Shown: in pieces, positions 52,101 through 64,000 of the stretch
How the letters are laid out: every line of letters begins with the position of its first letter
How positions within the stretch are numbered: the stretch's first letter is position 1
DNA from: Mobula hypostoma
Lineage: Eukaryota
Length of the DNA: 64,000 bases
Reading direction: 5' to 3'
Assembly: GCF_963921235.1 (NCBI RefSeq)
Contig: NC_086097.1
Span: 85,934,001-85,998,000 of the forward strand
Translations under genes and position numbers: made by a program
Notes under the pieces: model-generated
What the model saw: only the letters and a program-made list of their open reading frames with translations
What the model was told of the DNA's origin: nothing
Database searches by the model: none

Positions 52101-54093
52101 ACCCTTCTGGTAGTCTTTACTCGGGGCAAACTTCATTTTATGTGTCAACGCATACTCATCCGCTAACTTAGCAGTTGCGGCTAACGTGGCTGCCTCTTTC
52201 TCATCTAGGTAGGGTCTCATACCCTCAGGGACACAACCTTTAAACTGCTCAATCAGGATCAGCTGTAGCAGTCTGTCATAATCCCCCTCTACCCCCTTCG
52301 AGGCGCACCAACGCTCACAATATGTCTGCATCTCAGGGGCAAACTCTAAATACGTGCGGTCCCACTGCTTCCTCGCATTCCGGAACCTCTGCCGGTATGC
52401 CTCCGGGACCAACTCATAAATCCTGAGGATGGCCTCTTTCACTACCTCGTACCTCTGGGCATCTTCCGCGGACAAAGCTGAGTAAGCTTGTTGGGCTTTC
52501 CCTTTCAGTACACTCTGAAGCAAAACAGCCCACTTATCCCTCGGCCAGTCCTGACTTGTAGCAACTTTTTCGAAATGGAGAAAGTACCGATCCACGTCGG
52601 TATCGTCAAATGGGGGAACCAGCCTAACCTCCTGGGTCACCCGGAACCCTCCACCTTGGTTCGGCACGGGCTCCTGCTCGGCCCTTATCTTTAACTTCTC
52701 CAGCTCAAATTCCCTTTCCCTCTGCCTCTCTCTCTCTTCTCACTCCCATTGCCTCTCTTTCTCTTCTCTCTCCAACTGTTTCTCTCTCTCTCTCTCTCTC
52801 TCCTGCCTTTCTAACTCTCTCTCTTTCTCCCGTCTTTCTAACTGCTTCTCTTCGTGTTCTAACTGCCGTACCCGGAACTCGTGCTCGAGTCTCAGTTTTT
52901 CAAGCTGCACCTGTACCGTGTCTCCAGCAGGTTTTTCAATAGACACCACCTCCAGCTCGCCTTGGGGAAACACACCTTTAGATACATAGTGCTCTATGAT
53001 AGCTCTGTGTATCTCCTCTCTCCTCATTGTCGACTTCCCCTTAGCAAGATTCAACCGTTTGGCCACAGCTACCAATTCCGATTTCCTGGCATCCTCGAAT
53101 GCCTCCAAGGTCGGCGCCTTTATAATTTCCTCAGCCTCCATTTCTGCTGTTTGTCTTTTCTTTCTTTCGGGAATTTTGACCCAATCAATTTACTCCGTCC
53201 CAAATTTAGCATTCAAAATCGCGGACGAGAACCCACTTATGTTACGTACCCCATAACTGGGTTGCCAAACCAGCAGAAATGGATCACTCAGTTGGAGTCT
53301 GGATTACTGGAACTAAGAAAGTTTTATTAAAGAAACAAGCAACAGAGTACTCTAATCAAAAGGATAATAAATGCAACAATTCAGCAGTGATAAACACACA
53401 TGTACACAGAATTAAGATAACAGGATCAATCAAGCTCTATCGTTGTCTAGGGGTAAATGACCAGTTTCAAAGTGACGCAAAGTTCAGCTCAATTTAGTTC
53501 AGTTCAGTTCGCAGTAATCGCTGCCATGGCGATGGACAGTGGGGGGAAGGAGAGAGAGAGTAAAACGAATGAATATTCAAAACGGCTTCCACACAGACCT
53601 TCGCAGTCAGCTTTTGGGCGAGTCCTTTGTGATGTCATCTGAGGTCACCGACCGTGACCCCTCCGTTTCCAGATACGATCGTTTCCCTGCGGTGAACCTG
53701 GCGCCCAGGCAAGGGTGGACACACACCAGGTTCCCGCCAATCATGCCTTTCAAAACTTCCCACCGACTTGTGAGAGACGCACCGCTTCCAGGGTCTCGTT
53801 ACCTCGGGTGTCGTGTGTGTCCTGCCTTAGCGAACCTGTCCCTTTTTATCCCCCTGCTGGGGTATCGCCTGTCCATCACTTCAAACAGTTCAGGATTCAA
53901 AGGGGGAGCCGATCTTGACAGCTCTCTCCTTCTGTTACTCTCTCTCCCGTCCCTTCATTACACATCTCCAAATGCTGCTCCATTGTTTTCCTTATCTCTG
54001 TGTCTCCTGAAGACAGGTGGCAGACCAACTGCTGATCACACTGGTGCCAGCCCAAGACAGCTAACATCTTTATCTATGTGTATTCTTATCACA
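49181..54093 (-). mobile_element. Gmr1-like Gypsy LTR retrotransposon with SCAN-related Gag and internally deleted pol
   Basis: LTRs 53240-54093 (5') and 49181-50072 (3'), TG..CA, GTGG TSD. PBS TGGGTTCTCGTCCGCGAT (tRNA-Pro-like) at 53218-53235; PPT at 50073-50084. Gag (ELVPEAYRQRFR..LILIEQF, CGKVGHFASRC), protease RDTGA, integrase His remnant (AHKVPPGGHF) upstream of the RT remnant (VTYLGIVV..IPTPTDKRALRRLLEMVGY). Confidence 0.95.
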
Positions 54094-55709
54094 GTGGGTA
54101 CAGAAATTGCTCATAATTTTAAGAACGATAGGGTTGTATTTGCAGGAGATTTCAACTTTGTAGTCATTGATTGGGCCAGACAGTATTATGATGGACTGGA
54201 ATTTGTGAAATACGTCTTAGAAAGTTTCCTGCAGCAATATATAGACTCTGGAGGGTGCAATACTGGTCTTTCTCCTGAGGAGCGAGGCAGGGCAAGTAAC
54301 TGACATATCAGTCAGTGAGCTTTGTGTCTAATAAGCACTCTTCTGTTAATTTTAGGATGGCGATGGAAAAGGTTAGGACAGATCCACAGGTCAGGACCTT
54401 AAACTGGAGCAGGGCCAATGTTAGGGAAATTAGGCAGGAGGTTCATTCAGTGAGCCTGTGTGAAGGGAAAGGAATGGCAATGAGAGGCTTTTTTAAGAGG
54501 GATAATATGAGTCCAGTGGCAGCAAGTTCCTATAAGGGTGAAGGGTAAACCTGGCAAGTTTAGGGAATCCTGGCTAACGAGGGATATTGAGGTTTTAGTT
54601 AACAAAAAATAGGAAGTGTACATTAGGAGGTTGGGGTTGAAATGGTGACTATAAAAAATTTAAGAATGCTCTTAGGAGGGAATCAGGAGGGCAAAGAGAG
54701 AGTATAAGATAGATCTGGCAGGGAAGGTTAAGGAAAATTCCAAGAGGTTATGTAGATTAAGAGTAAAAGGATTGCTGGTGGACAGAGCAGTTAGAATTAA
54801 CAGGGCCACCTATGTCTCAGAACACAGGAGAGGAGTGGGATATATAAAAAATATTTCTCCTTGGTGTTTACTGAGTATTAAGGTTGATAAATCCCTTTGG
54901 TCTGACAGAATGCGTCCTTGGACTCTGTGGGAGGCCAGAGAACAAATTGTAGAGGACCTTGTGAAGATGCTTGCTTCCTTGTTAGCCCGGTGAAGCACAA
55001 TGACGACTTGCGGGTAACAATCAAAAAATTACTCTATTAATCACACACTTTCAAGAATACGATCACTGCAGTCATTAGCCGGTAACTCCTCTTTTGGAGT
55101 TGAGCTTTTGAACCGCCTGTTTGAACTGGCATTTTTGTGGTGTGACCCGAAGCCTCAAAGGTGCAGGATGGTTGTGGCATGGCGTGTACGGGCCAGATTG
55201 ATGGTGCTTGGCCTGGGCCCGTGAGTGGGGAATATGCCAATGTTTGGCTGTTGCTGGAGTAGACTTGGAGATGATTCATTGTGGTAGAACCAAGGCAAGA
55301 CGAATGGAGCCAATGCAGAGTTCAGGCAGCAAGGGCTAGGCCCGAGAGTGAGGAAAGACCCAGGGTTTGTTTGATTTAGGAACCAGGCTGAATTGGAAAG
55401 GTCAGCTATGGGCCGAATTGAGGCGGTGGAGCGTGGACCCGAGAGCATATCGAAGTGGCTGGGCCCAGGCCAGATAGTGAAGAAGGATTTAAGGTTTGAT
55501 TGATTTAAGCGCCGGGCCAGATTGAAAAGGTCAGGGTGTCGGGGCCAGAGGCAAAGTATAGGACGGGTGTTCGGCTTGCTGCTCTACAAGATTTACTCAT
55601 CTCTGTGCTGAACTGAGGCTATGGCCTGAAAATAAAGGGCTTCTGGATCAGCCGCAGTGATGGCTGGCTTTGTGGCTGTGGACTCACTTTCGTGAACTTC
55701 AGTTCTGAA

Positions 55710-57321
55710 CTAGACAATGGGGTGACCCGTTGGGGCACCCTTTGAGAGAAGGGTAGTGCAGTCTGATGTGACCAGAATAAACGTTAGTCCTGACGAAGGG
55801 TCTCAGCCTGAAACGTCGACTGTACCTCTTCCTAGAGATGCTGCCTGGCCTGCTGCGTTCACCAGCAACTCTGATGTGTGTTGGTTAAATTTTCCTGAAT
55901 GCTATTGCTATCTCTTTGATTTGGAAATTAAAGAAGAAAAACTCAGATTATTAAAGAAGAAAGACGCATAGCAAGACAAATATGTGACCAGAATGAACAT
56001 TAAATATCCATGAAGTAAATTTGAAGGAATCGAGCTTGCTGGGTTGGGTCTGGAATTAAATGTCCGATGTAATAATGGATTTGGCCTTGAATAATCACAG
56101 AAGGATTCCATCGATTCCTAGTTGGAATGACTTCTTTGGCACCAAAGGATGTCATTTGGAAGAGGCAATTATATTGTCTGATGTTCTTCCTGAACTCGTT
56201 TGCAATAGGTTCATCATTGCTGTACAAATTGAGGAGTTCGTTAGGTAGAGGCTGCAAATTGCCTATCCTGACCATTCCCTTCATACAGCAGAAATGTGTG
56301 GTTTCTCCGGTGAATAGGAAGGCACGACAGAGAGGGCATACTCTCGTCATCCAACCAACATCAGCAGAAATGTGATGGCATGTGAGTTGTGCATCTTGCT
56401 TTGCTCTTTCTCTGTCGAAGTACTGTCGTCGAAAGCGGCCGTTGTCATCTTCAGCAACTCACGCAATAATTACTCTGTGCCACATATTCTCGAGTTGATC
56501 TTTCCTTTTCTCCTCTGTCTCTTCCTCTCTCCTCCTTCTCTGCCTGTTTTTGTTTTTCTGGAGACGTGCAGCCCTTTCATCCTTCGTCTCTTCATCTCTT
56601 CATCTCTTCTACCATTTGTTCTTTCTCTCTGATCCTAGAGTCGTGCAGCCCTGGTCTGATCGGATTCTTGTTCTCTCCTCAGTCTGTGCCTATTGTTGTC
56701 ATTTTGGAGACATGCATGCCTGTCCTCCTCTGTCTCGTCTTCTTTCATCTTTTTTGTCCTGACTCTTTGATCCTGGAGCCATGCAGCCCTGGCCTCATCC
56801 GATTGTTGTTCTCTCCCTCTCCTTGCCACTTCCCGACAGCATTTGGCATCATCTCTTGACCATAATGCCCCTCTTCTCTTTCCACGCGGCATAATTAGGC
56901 TATCCATATATTTTTACCCTAATGCTTGATAGAAGATAGGAAGCAATAACACCAAAGCCTCCAAGCTGCTGAGGCTGGCCGTGCGCATGCATCGTGGTGT
57001 GGCATCGCGGTCTCCATGGAAGGTGGAAGCGGCTCTGTGAGCATCGTGAGGCATTGCTGAGGCTGACCGCGCGCATGCGTCGGGCTGTGGCGTCGTGGTC
57101 TCCGTGATAGCCGATCGGGTCTCGGGTGAAAGGCAGCCTGTTGATTTTTGGCGAATGAGCAACTTTATACGGATATATAGCCCTGAACTTTGCCTGCATT
57201 CTGTAAGTTGGCACATTTTAATTCGATTTAGCCAAAAAAAGTGCCGCTGTAATGCACCGTTTGCGCTAATTGGATGTCACAAACAGACAGACAAAGCATG
57301 AGAGTTTTGGTAGTATATAGA
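55710..57321 (-). mobile_element. Non-autonomous Helitron with both termini and a RepHel N-terminal remnant
   Basis: Minus strand: A|TCTATATACTA 5' end; GGGTGCCCCAACGGGTCACCC hairpin then CTAG|T 3' end. ORF 56000-56350 (CPLCRAFLFTGET..CCMKG..FRKNIRQYNCLFQMTSFGA..IQGQIHYYIG..FLQIYF) is a typical Helitron Rep N-terminal region. Confidence 0.92.
55786..55821 (+). ncRNA. Minimal type I hammerhead ribozyme inside the Helitron
   Basis: AGTC-CTGACGA-AGGGTCTCAGCCT-GAAA-CGTC-GACT, followed by PLE terminal sequence to ~55885. Confidence 0.85.
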
Positions 57322-59419
57322 TGGTATTTGCCTAATTTTGTTGTTGGCATGATTTGTTTTTTTTCTGCATATTGGGTGTTTGATGGCTTTTTTAATGGGT
57401 TCTACTGGGTTTCTTTGTTTTGTGGCCATTTGTAAAGAGATGAATCTCAAGGTGGTATTTGGTATGTATACTTTGAACTTTTGAATTTGGGGCAGCTCCC
57501 CAAGACTGGAATCTGCTAACATAGTTCCTTTGTTTAAGTAGGGTAACAAGGACAAGCTAGGAAACCACAGGGCTCTCAGCCTGCTATTAATGCTAGTTAT
57601 TAGAGGATTTACCAGTATTGTATAGAACATCTGATTAGGAGGAGTGAGCAGGGCTTGGCATATGGGAAGTTATATTTGATATGTCTTCAAAGATGCAGCA
57701 AGAAGGATAGATGAGGGTAGGTCAGTGGATATTGCCGTTTTGGAGTTTGAAAGGGTTTGACAAGGTTCAACATAGTAGGGTGGTCTGGAAGGTTAGGTCC
57801 CATGGAATCCAGGGAGAGCTGGTTAGAGAGATTCTAAATGGGTTCAGAGCTAGGAAGCTGAGGGTTGTGGTTGAAGATCATTTCAGAATGGAGGATGGTG
57901 TGCTGTGGGGTTTGGTGTTGTGACCCTTGTTATTCATTATTTCTATGATTCAATGTGAGTGCACAAAGCTTTGTCAGTAAGTTTGCAGATGACACCTAAG
58001 TTGGAGGTGGTGTTGATGGTGAAGACGGTTATTGTAGATTACATTAGTATTTTGATAATGTAGGGAGGTGGGCCAAGGAGTAGCAAATGGATTTCAGTAC
58101 AGATAAGTATGAGGTGATACATTTTGAAAAATCAAACCGGGTTAGGCATTATACTCTGAATGTTCGGATACTAGGGAGTGTAATGAAAAAAAAAGGAGTG
58201 TAGAAGTACAAATGCAGAGTTAATTGAAAACAGCATTACAGGTGGACAGGGTGGTTTAAAAGGCATTTAGCAAGCAGGCCTCCATTGGTCAGGGTATTGA
58301 GTATAGGAGCTGGGACATTAATCTGCAATTGTATGTTGTTGGTGAAGCTGCAGTTGGAATACTATGTACCGTGTTGGTGACCATGTTTTAGGAAAGATGT
58401 GGTTAAGCTGAAAAGAGTGCAGAAAATATTTATGAAGATGCTGTCAGGACCTAGGGTTGGAGAGTCCAAAACTTGATTCAGGGTGAGAGGGAAAGATTTA
58501 AAAGTGACCTGAGGGGCCTATTTTCATCCAAAGGATGCTGACTATATGGGATAACTTGCCAAAGGAAGTGATTGAGACATGCACTGTGGTATCATTTAAG
58601 AGGTACTTAGAGAGGCACATTAAGGGGAGAGGCCTGGAGGGATATGAGTCAAGCATAGAAAATTGGAATAGCTAGATGGACAATATGGTCAGCCCGGACT
58701 CATTGGACCGAAGGGCCTGTATCCTTCCTGTGTTGCTCTGTGACTCTTATGGGGACATGGATAGTAAGTGAAAATATAGCCCTTATATATAACATCTTTT
58801 GTGTAAATGAATAGAAAATGTACCGATGGACTGGTGAGGAATGTTCATTACCTTTGTAAATTCTCTGCACAGTCATCATCACTGAAGTCATTTTCTTGGC
58901 AAATTGCTGAATTGTAGATCTCAAAAGCTGCAAGGAATATTTTAGTAAATGGTTTGCTGGCTGCTCTCATTACGGAGAAGAGCTGATGGTAGCTCTTTAC
59001 AAAGAGACAGTGCTTCACACAAGGTAGAATCAATTTGAATAATGTACTTCTTCCAATGGTTATTCTCTTCCAACAGTTACTCATGCCTGCTGTAGCTTCC
59101 TTGCATTTATATGATGACTTTAACCAAATGACACATCCCAAGATGCATAATCACACACACACAACTGCTAGAGAAAGAGGTGTGAACACAGGCGACCACA
59201 AACTTGATCAAAGCGGTTGACTTTGAGGAGAGAGGTTTAGGAAGAAAATCCCAGAGCTTTGAGTGTGGCCTGTTAATGGACAGCTGCATATTGTAGGATT
59301 GAAAAAGTCAGGCCCAAGTTGGAGGAGTGGAAAACTGGTGGATTGTGGAGCCAAGGAAAAGCTACAGAATTATGAGTGAAATGATAGAAACCTTTGCAAA
59401 GATAATTTTAAATTTGTTT

Positions 59420-59825
59420 CAGTGACTCAGGAGCCAGCAAAGATGCGACAAGGTATGAACATTGAATTTTCCAATTTCAGGTAACTCATAACCCAGCATT
59501 TTCCTTCCATGCGCACTCACTGAGTTTCATTTGCTCTGGTTGTTCACCTTTGCATCCCCCTCCACCTCCAACTTCTCACCTGCTTCCATCCGTCCATCAT
59601 CCCATCTGCATCTGGTGCCTCCTCTCACCTACCAGTCCCCATCCCAGCCCTAACCCCCATCCACCTCGTACCACTCTATGCAGCTGTTCCTTCCTCTTCC
59701 CTCACACTTCTGATGCGAGGTCTGGAACTCGAAAATGGACTTGCACCTTTTTCCTGCACAGACGCTGCTTGACCATCTGACTTCTCTCAGTATTCTCTTT
59801 GCTCCATGTTCTAGCATCTGCACCT
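59420..59825 (+). mobile_element. Old PLE 3' fragment
   Basis: GGTATGAACATTGAATTTTCCAATTTCAGGTAA (MNIEFSNFR*), pyrimidine tail, degenerate CTGATG..GAAA. Confidence 0.7.
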
Positions 59826-60119
59826 TGCCCATCAGCCTGGGCTTATACCTGATGAAAGTAGGATGGCAAAACTCAGGGATCCAAAGGACAATCATTGTCA
59901 GTCTCAGAAATTGTATGCAAAGTTATTCTGGCCGAATAGGGTTGTACTTTAATACAAAAGCAGCCAATCTGATATTGTTAGTCTGTGATATCAACAGCAA
60001 AATGTTAGTTCACTGCAAGCTACTTAAGGATGTTAGAAATGGAAGCAGAAGGATGCCATTTGACCTTTGTGCCTGCTGCATCATTTAATCTGTTGATTGA
60101 ATGATGCAGAATCAGTTGC

Positions 60120-60580
60120 CCTTTTACCTCAGTGCTGCCTACCTGCATTAATCCCATATCTCTATTCGTCCTTCTCTTCTGAGGCTATGCCCTCTGGTCC
60201 TAGACTTCCCCATTTTAAGAAACATTCTCTCCACATACACTGAGACTTTCAATATTCCATACGTTTCAATGAGCGCTCCTCACAAATTAACCCTTTCATT
60301 CACCGGATCGTTCTCGTGAATTTCCTCAATGCCCATAAATCTGTTGATCCGTCTTAAACACATTCAGTGGCTGAAACTCCACAGCTCCAGAGGGTAAATT
60401 CCAAATGACTGCAACCATCTGGGTGAAGAAATAGCTGACCTCATATTTTGAGTCTGCGATCCTGGGTACCAGTCACACCGGCCATGGAAACCCTCACTTC
60501 CACATCCTCTGTCTCAAGTTCCACAAGAATTCTGTGATTTCAGTAAGATTGCCTTCGTTCCTCTGAAGTCAGGAGAATAT
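60120..60580 (-). mobile_element. CR1 3' fragments
   Basis: CTGAGGCTATGCCCTCTGGTCCTAGACT and CAACCATCTGGGTGAAGAAAT are inverse CR1 3' motifs. Confidence 0.6.
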
Positions 60581-62039
60581 CAACTTAATTTCTTTAAAAG
60601 ACAAATCGTTAACTGAGGAATTAAGCGCTGTGGGGGAAAAATGGTGGGGGGTGGGATTAAAGAAGAACCGGCAAAAGAGTGAGATACAAATGCAAAGTGT
60701 GGAGACTGATAGAAGCAGGAAGAGGAGAGTGCAGGCAGAAATAGAAGTAAACCAGAAAGGTAATTTAGTGGCAAGAAAGAGGTAGCTAGAATTGAGGTGA
60801 AATGAAATTAGATAACTTCATGCAGAAAGAATGTTCACACTTGCCAGGATTTTACCAAACTACTTGATCGGCATATAGTTTGCAAATTATACCTACGTCA
60901 CATCTGATAAGTAAACTGGCATTGATAAAGGATGATGGTTCTTAAGTTCCAGATGACAAGAGAGCAATAAAGAACAGGGGCTTGATGACTGGGGCACTGA
61001 AGGGACAAAGCTATTCACAATCCCGATGATTACAATGAGGGGCTGAGTGTGGTATGACTGAGTTTGTTATTGATACTGACCCAGGTGACTATGTACTTTG
61101 AAGCAACACACAGAATGCTGGAGGAGTTCAGCCGGACAGGCGGCATCTATGGAGATGAAAGAAACAGTCGATATTTAGGGCTAAGACCCTTGAAGTCTGT
61201 CTGCGTCCTCACAAGGAGATGTGGCCAGGCTAATCGGATGGACAAGGAGAGGGCAGATCGAATATAATGTGGATAGAGACAAAATAGAAAGGTAGAATTT
61301 TACTTTTTAATGGTAAGAAAATGAAACAGTATATTGGTCCTTGTTTTAAAAGGATTTGAATACAGAAGAATTTGCCTTGGCCAGGATTAATACTGGCATT
61401 TTTAATGCCATGGACTAATACTACTAAGGAATGGTCTGGAGATCCCAGGTCGCTGACCCCTGACTGAGGGGGTTTCTTACCCTCTATGGTTTGAAGACAT
61501 CTCATCCCATCTTTGCCTCCAAATTCCAGGTCAGTGATGGAAAATCTTCAGTCTCGTTCCCATGCAATACCATTATTTTCCAAGCTGGCATCTGCTATCT
61601 TGTAGTCGGAGTCCACCTCCCCTTTGAATAGAGCAGTTTGACTTTAAGTAATAAGAACTTCCATTCGCATCATCTTCCCTCTGCTTCAGCCTCCTGCTGA
61701 GGAATCAGCCACTGGACAGTGAGGCAAGCTCTGACTGCTCACTTAAAGCAGCAAGCAGCTCAAAGTTGCTGCATTGCCTGCAACAGGGCAACAGGGCAAC
61801 AGGCATTTATTAACCAAGCTCTGTGCTCTCAACTAGGGCCATCTACTTTAGACTTCACTGTATCTAAACTTCTCCAGTTTCTTCAAATCACTCCTAATCC
61901 CCTTGTGTCCCACTTTTCAATGTTACCTGTCAATACTCCTTTGAAGTATTAAAAGATTGTGTTAAGGTGTTTGATCGCTCTTCCGTGTATATGAAATCAA
62001 GGCTTGGGAGCTACAAGCTCAGCGACACTCTGCCTTCCG

Positions 62040-62830
62040 CTGCTGTTTGTTTTCCTCAGGCAGCCCCTCAATAGTGAAGGGGATCGCTTCCACTCTGCTT
62101 CTGTGGTTCTCAGACTGACGAATGAGGGCAGTGTGGTGACCACACACCATGGGTGGGACTGCAGGTGCTTGATGGGTTGTTTGGGAGCTGGTGCACCCTT
62201 CCACTGTTTACACAGGATTCTCTGTACTCCCAGAGAACGGATGGAAGGAATGCACCATCCCCGAAACAACCTATGCCACCTGCCCCTTAGATGCTCCTCT
62301 GTCTTGAGTGACCAGGGGATGATGTCCCAAAAGTTGGTGGGAATGTTACACCCTTTCAAGGAGGTCTTCAATGCCATTGAATCGTTTTGTCTGTGAAGCT
62401 GGTCATCTCTTGCCAGTCAGTACGACGTAGCCTGCACAGTGGATCTGCCTAGGTACCCAGAGCTTTAGTATAACGACAATGTGAATGATGGGTGTGTGGG
62501 CCTGAGAAAGGACGCTGATGTTAGTCTGCTTATCTATCTGGTGGATTTATAGTGCTTGGTGTAAAAGTCTCTGTGGTATCTGCTCAAAGTTCTAGGTTCC
62601 TATGGTAGGTAGTCCACGACTCCAAAGTGTGCAACAGGGCAGGGTTCACTACTACCTAGTAGTCCATGAGCTTTAGGCTCTTAATCTTTAGTTACACTTT
62701 TCTTCAGTCAGCCAAAGACTATGATGAAGCACCAAAGGCAATAATGCATTTCATCACTAATGTCTAGCCATTGACAGATGGTTCCTAAGATAAAAGAAGT
62801 GGTCCATGTTTTCCAGGAGGTTTTATTTGG
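62040..62830 (-). mobile_element. RTE-clade LINE 3' fragment
   Basis: ALKTSLKGCNIPTNFWD resembles the RTE C-terminal LKASLKKCNIPTDTWE motif. Confidence 0.65.
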
Positions 62831-63160
62831 GGTGGGGAGGGTGTTGTATTGTAGGATCAGGTTGGTAAAAGACAGATGTTACCTGTAAGATCCTCTCAAA
62901 TGCTTGTGGCTTCCTCCCATCTTCCTTCAGTCCCCCTCCCTTCAACCTTTAATCTTGGCCAAACAGCAGGATGCAAGAGGGAGGGGGGAGATAAAGGACT
63001 TAGATGGTGGGGGGGAGGGTGGAATGTGATTGAGGCATTGAGGGGTAAGAGACTTGAGAGCAAGCAGAATTGAGCCAAAAAAGTGTTAAGGTGATGATAG
63101 ATGGGTGGGGCAAGGAGGAGGCAGTGGGAGAGGGCGTGAGGGCATCTCCATTCAAATCCA

Positions 63161-63162
<2 letters not shown>

Positions 63163-63192
<30 letters not shown>
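63163..63192. repeat. (TG)n microsatellite
   Basis: Directly visible. Confidence 0.95.
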
Positions 63193-63196
<4 letters not shown>

Positions 63197-63235
63197 GCTG
63201 TGTCCATGCAGCAGAACTTGGTCTGCAATTGAATT

Positions 63236-64000
63236 GGGGTCAAGATGGCGTCGAGTTGTGGTTTCCATCGAGGTTGCAGCTCAGATTTATCTTAAATTTG
63301 TTTTCGTGTTCTTAGTTCATAGGGATTGTTTTGGAGGCTGAGATGGGTGTTAGGGGTCAAGTTAGGTCTTCGGGGTCTGTGGGGTATTAGGGGACAGGTC
63401 AGAGACTAAGCCTCCTCTCCGTGTCTGACAGTGACAACATGGTCCTGGTCAAATGCTGGGTTAGTAGACCAGTGAGGATGAGGGATTATAGCACCAGCAC
63501 ACCCCCCACTCCTGCTCCCGCCCCAGGTCAATGAGTTGTTGGTGTGACCTGTGATTGGAGTTCCCTGCGAGCAGGAGATGTGAGTGCTGGTGAACCTCTA
63601 GGTATATACGCAAGGCAGCAAGACTAGAGGTGGAGGGCCCGTCACTGGTGAGCCTGGAGATTGGGTCCTCACTTGCTGTCACTGGCAAAACCTAGGTTGA
63701 TACTGAAGATCAAAGCCCGAAGGTCGTTTGGAAGTCCAGATCGAAACCTGAAGTTCAATCAGAAGTCCAGAAGTCGAGGCCCAATTATTGGAGTTGAGTT
63801 TGCAGACCCCTGCAAGTCCAATGGGGAAATTGAAGGCCCAGTGTTTGTGAATCCATGAGTCCTCTAGAGGCTGGATACTAAAGACAGCCTGTCTTGGGGG
63901 TTAGAGGACTCTTGTATGTGCATGGGCGGTTGGGTGGGTGGGAGTGAGGTAGGAATGGGGCTTGTTTTGCTGTTGTTGCTTTGTCACATGGTAGGTGTTG
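63236..64000 (+). mobile_element. Non-coding LINE-derived element starting CAAGATGGCG, running off the window end
   Basis: GGGGTCAAGATGGCG head as at 3700; G/T-rich body end resembling 4300-4480. Confidence 0.45.

Larger units (their letters stand above)
54996..57486 (+). mobile_element. Non-coding LINE-derived element, host of the Helitron
   Basis: Similar to 47836-48879. Empty site AGTTCTGAA|TGGTATTTG is restored when the Helitron is removed; tail ACTTTGAACTTTTGAA. Confidence 0.65.
46500..58745 (+). mobile_element. Near full-length decayed CR1, split into four pieces by nested insertions
   Basis: ORF1-like and EN start (ITETWLREG) at 46500-47420; EN at 49010-49180 (WVELRN); GDFNF to LA..GE at 54098-54995; PQDW..ANIVPLFK through RT and 3' end at 57490-58745. 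The reading order is continuous across the inserts. Confidence 0.85.

Noticed and set aside
53539..54303. 254-aa + strand ORF
   Set aside because: Antisense LTR sequence running into a CR1 endonuclease fragment; not a coherent protein.

Overview
Vertebrate genomic DNA, most likely from a cartilaginous fish (ray/skate; inferred from HE1-like V-SINEs and shark-type CR1, Rex1 and Penelope repeats). The only host coding sequence I can support is the first coding exon of TTC9 (11382-11793, +). I recognised no further TTC9 exon, so the remaining ~52 kb appears to be intron 1. The rest is mostly transposable elements: CR1, Rex1/Babar, L1 and RTE LINEs, Penelope-like elements (PLEs), two Gypsy LTR elements, a decayed gag/env-like LTR element, Tigger remnants and a Helitron. 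Highlights: (1) a Gypsy element at 6588-9529 whose RT/RNaseH/integrase region is replaced by an intronless fragment of the host splicing-factor gene RBM25; (2) many PLE-associated minimal hammerhead ribozymes, six with intact cores, plus three tail-out inverted PLE insertions with a ribozyme-bearing end at each side; (3) a Helitron with both termini that carries a hammerhead, inside a multi-level nest in one CR1; (4) an in-frame uORF ending one codon before the TTC9 ATG. All homology calls come from reading and recalling sequences by eye; no database searches were run.
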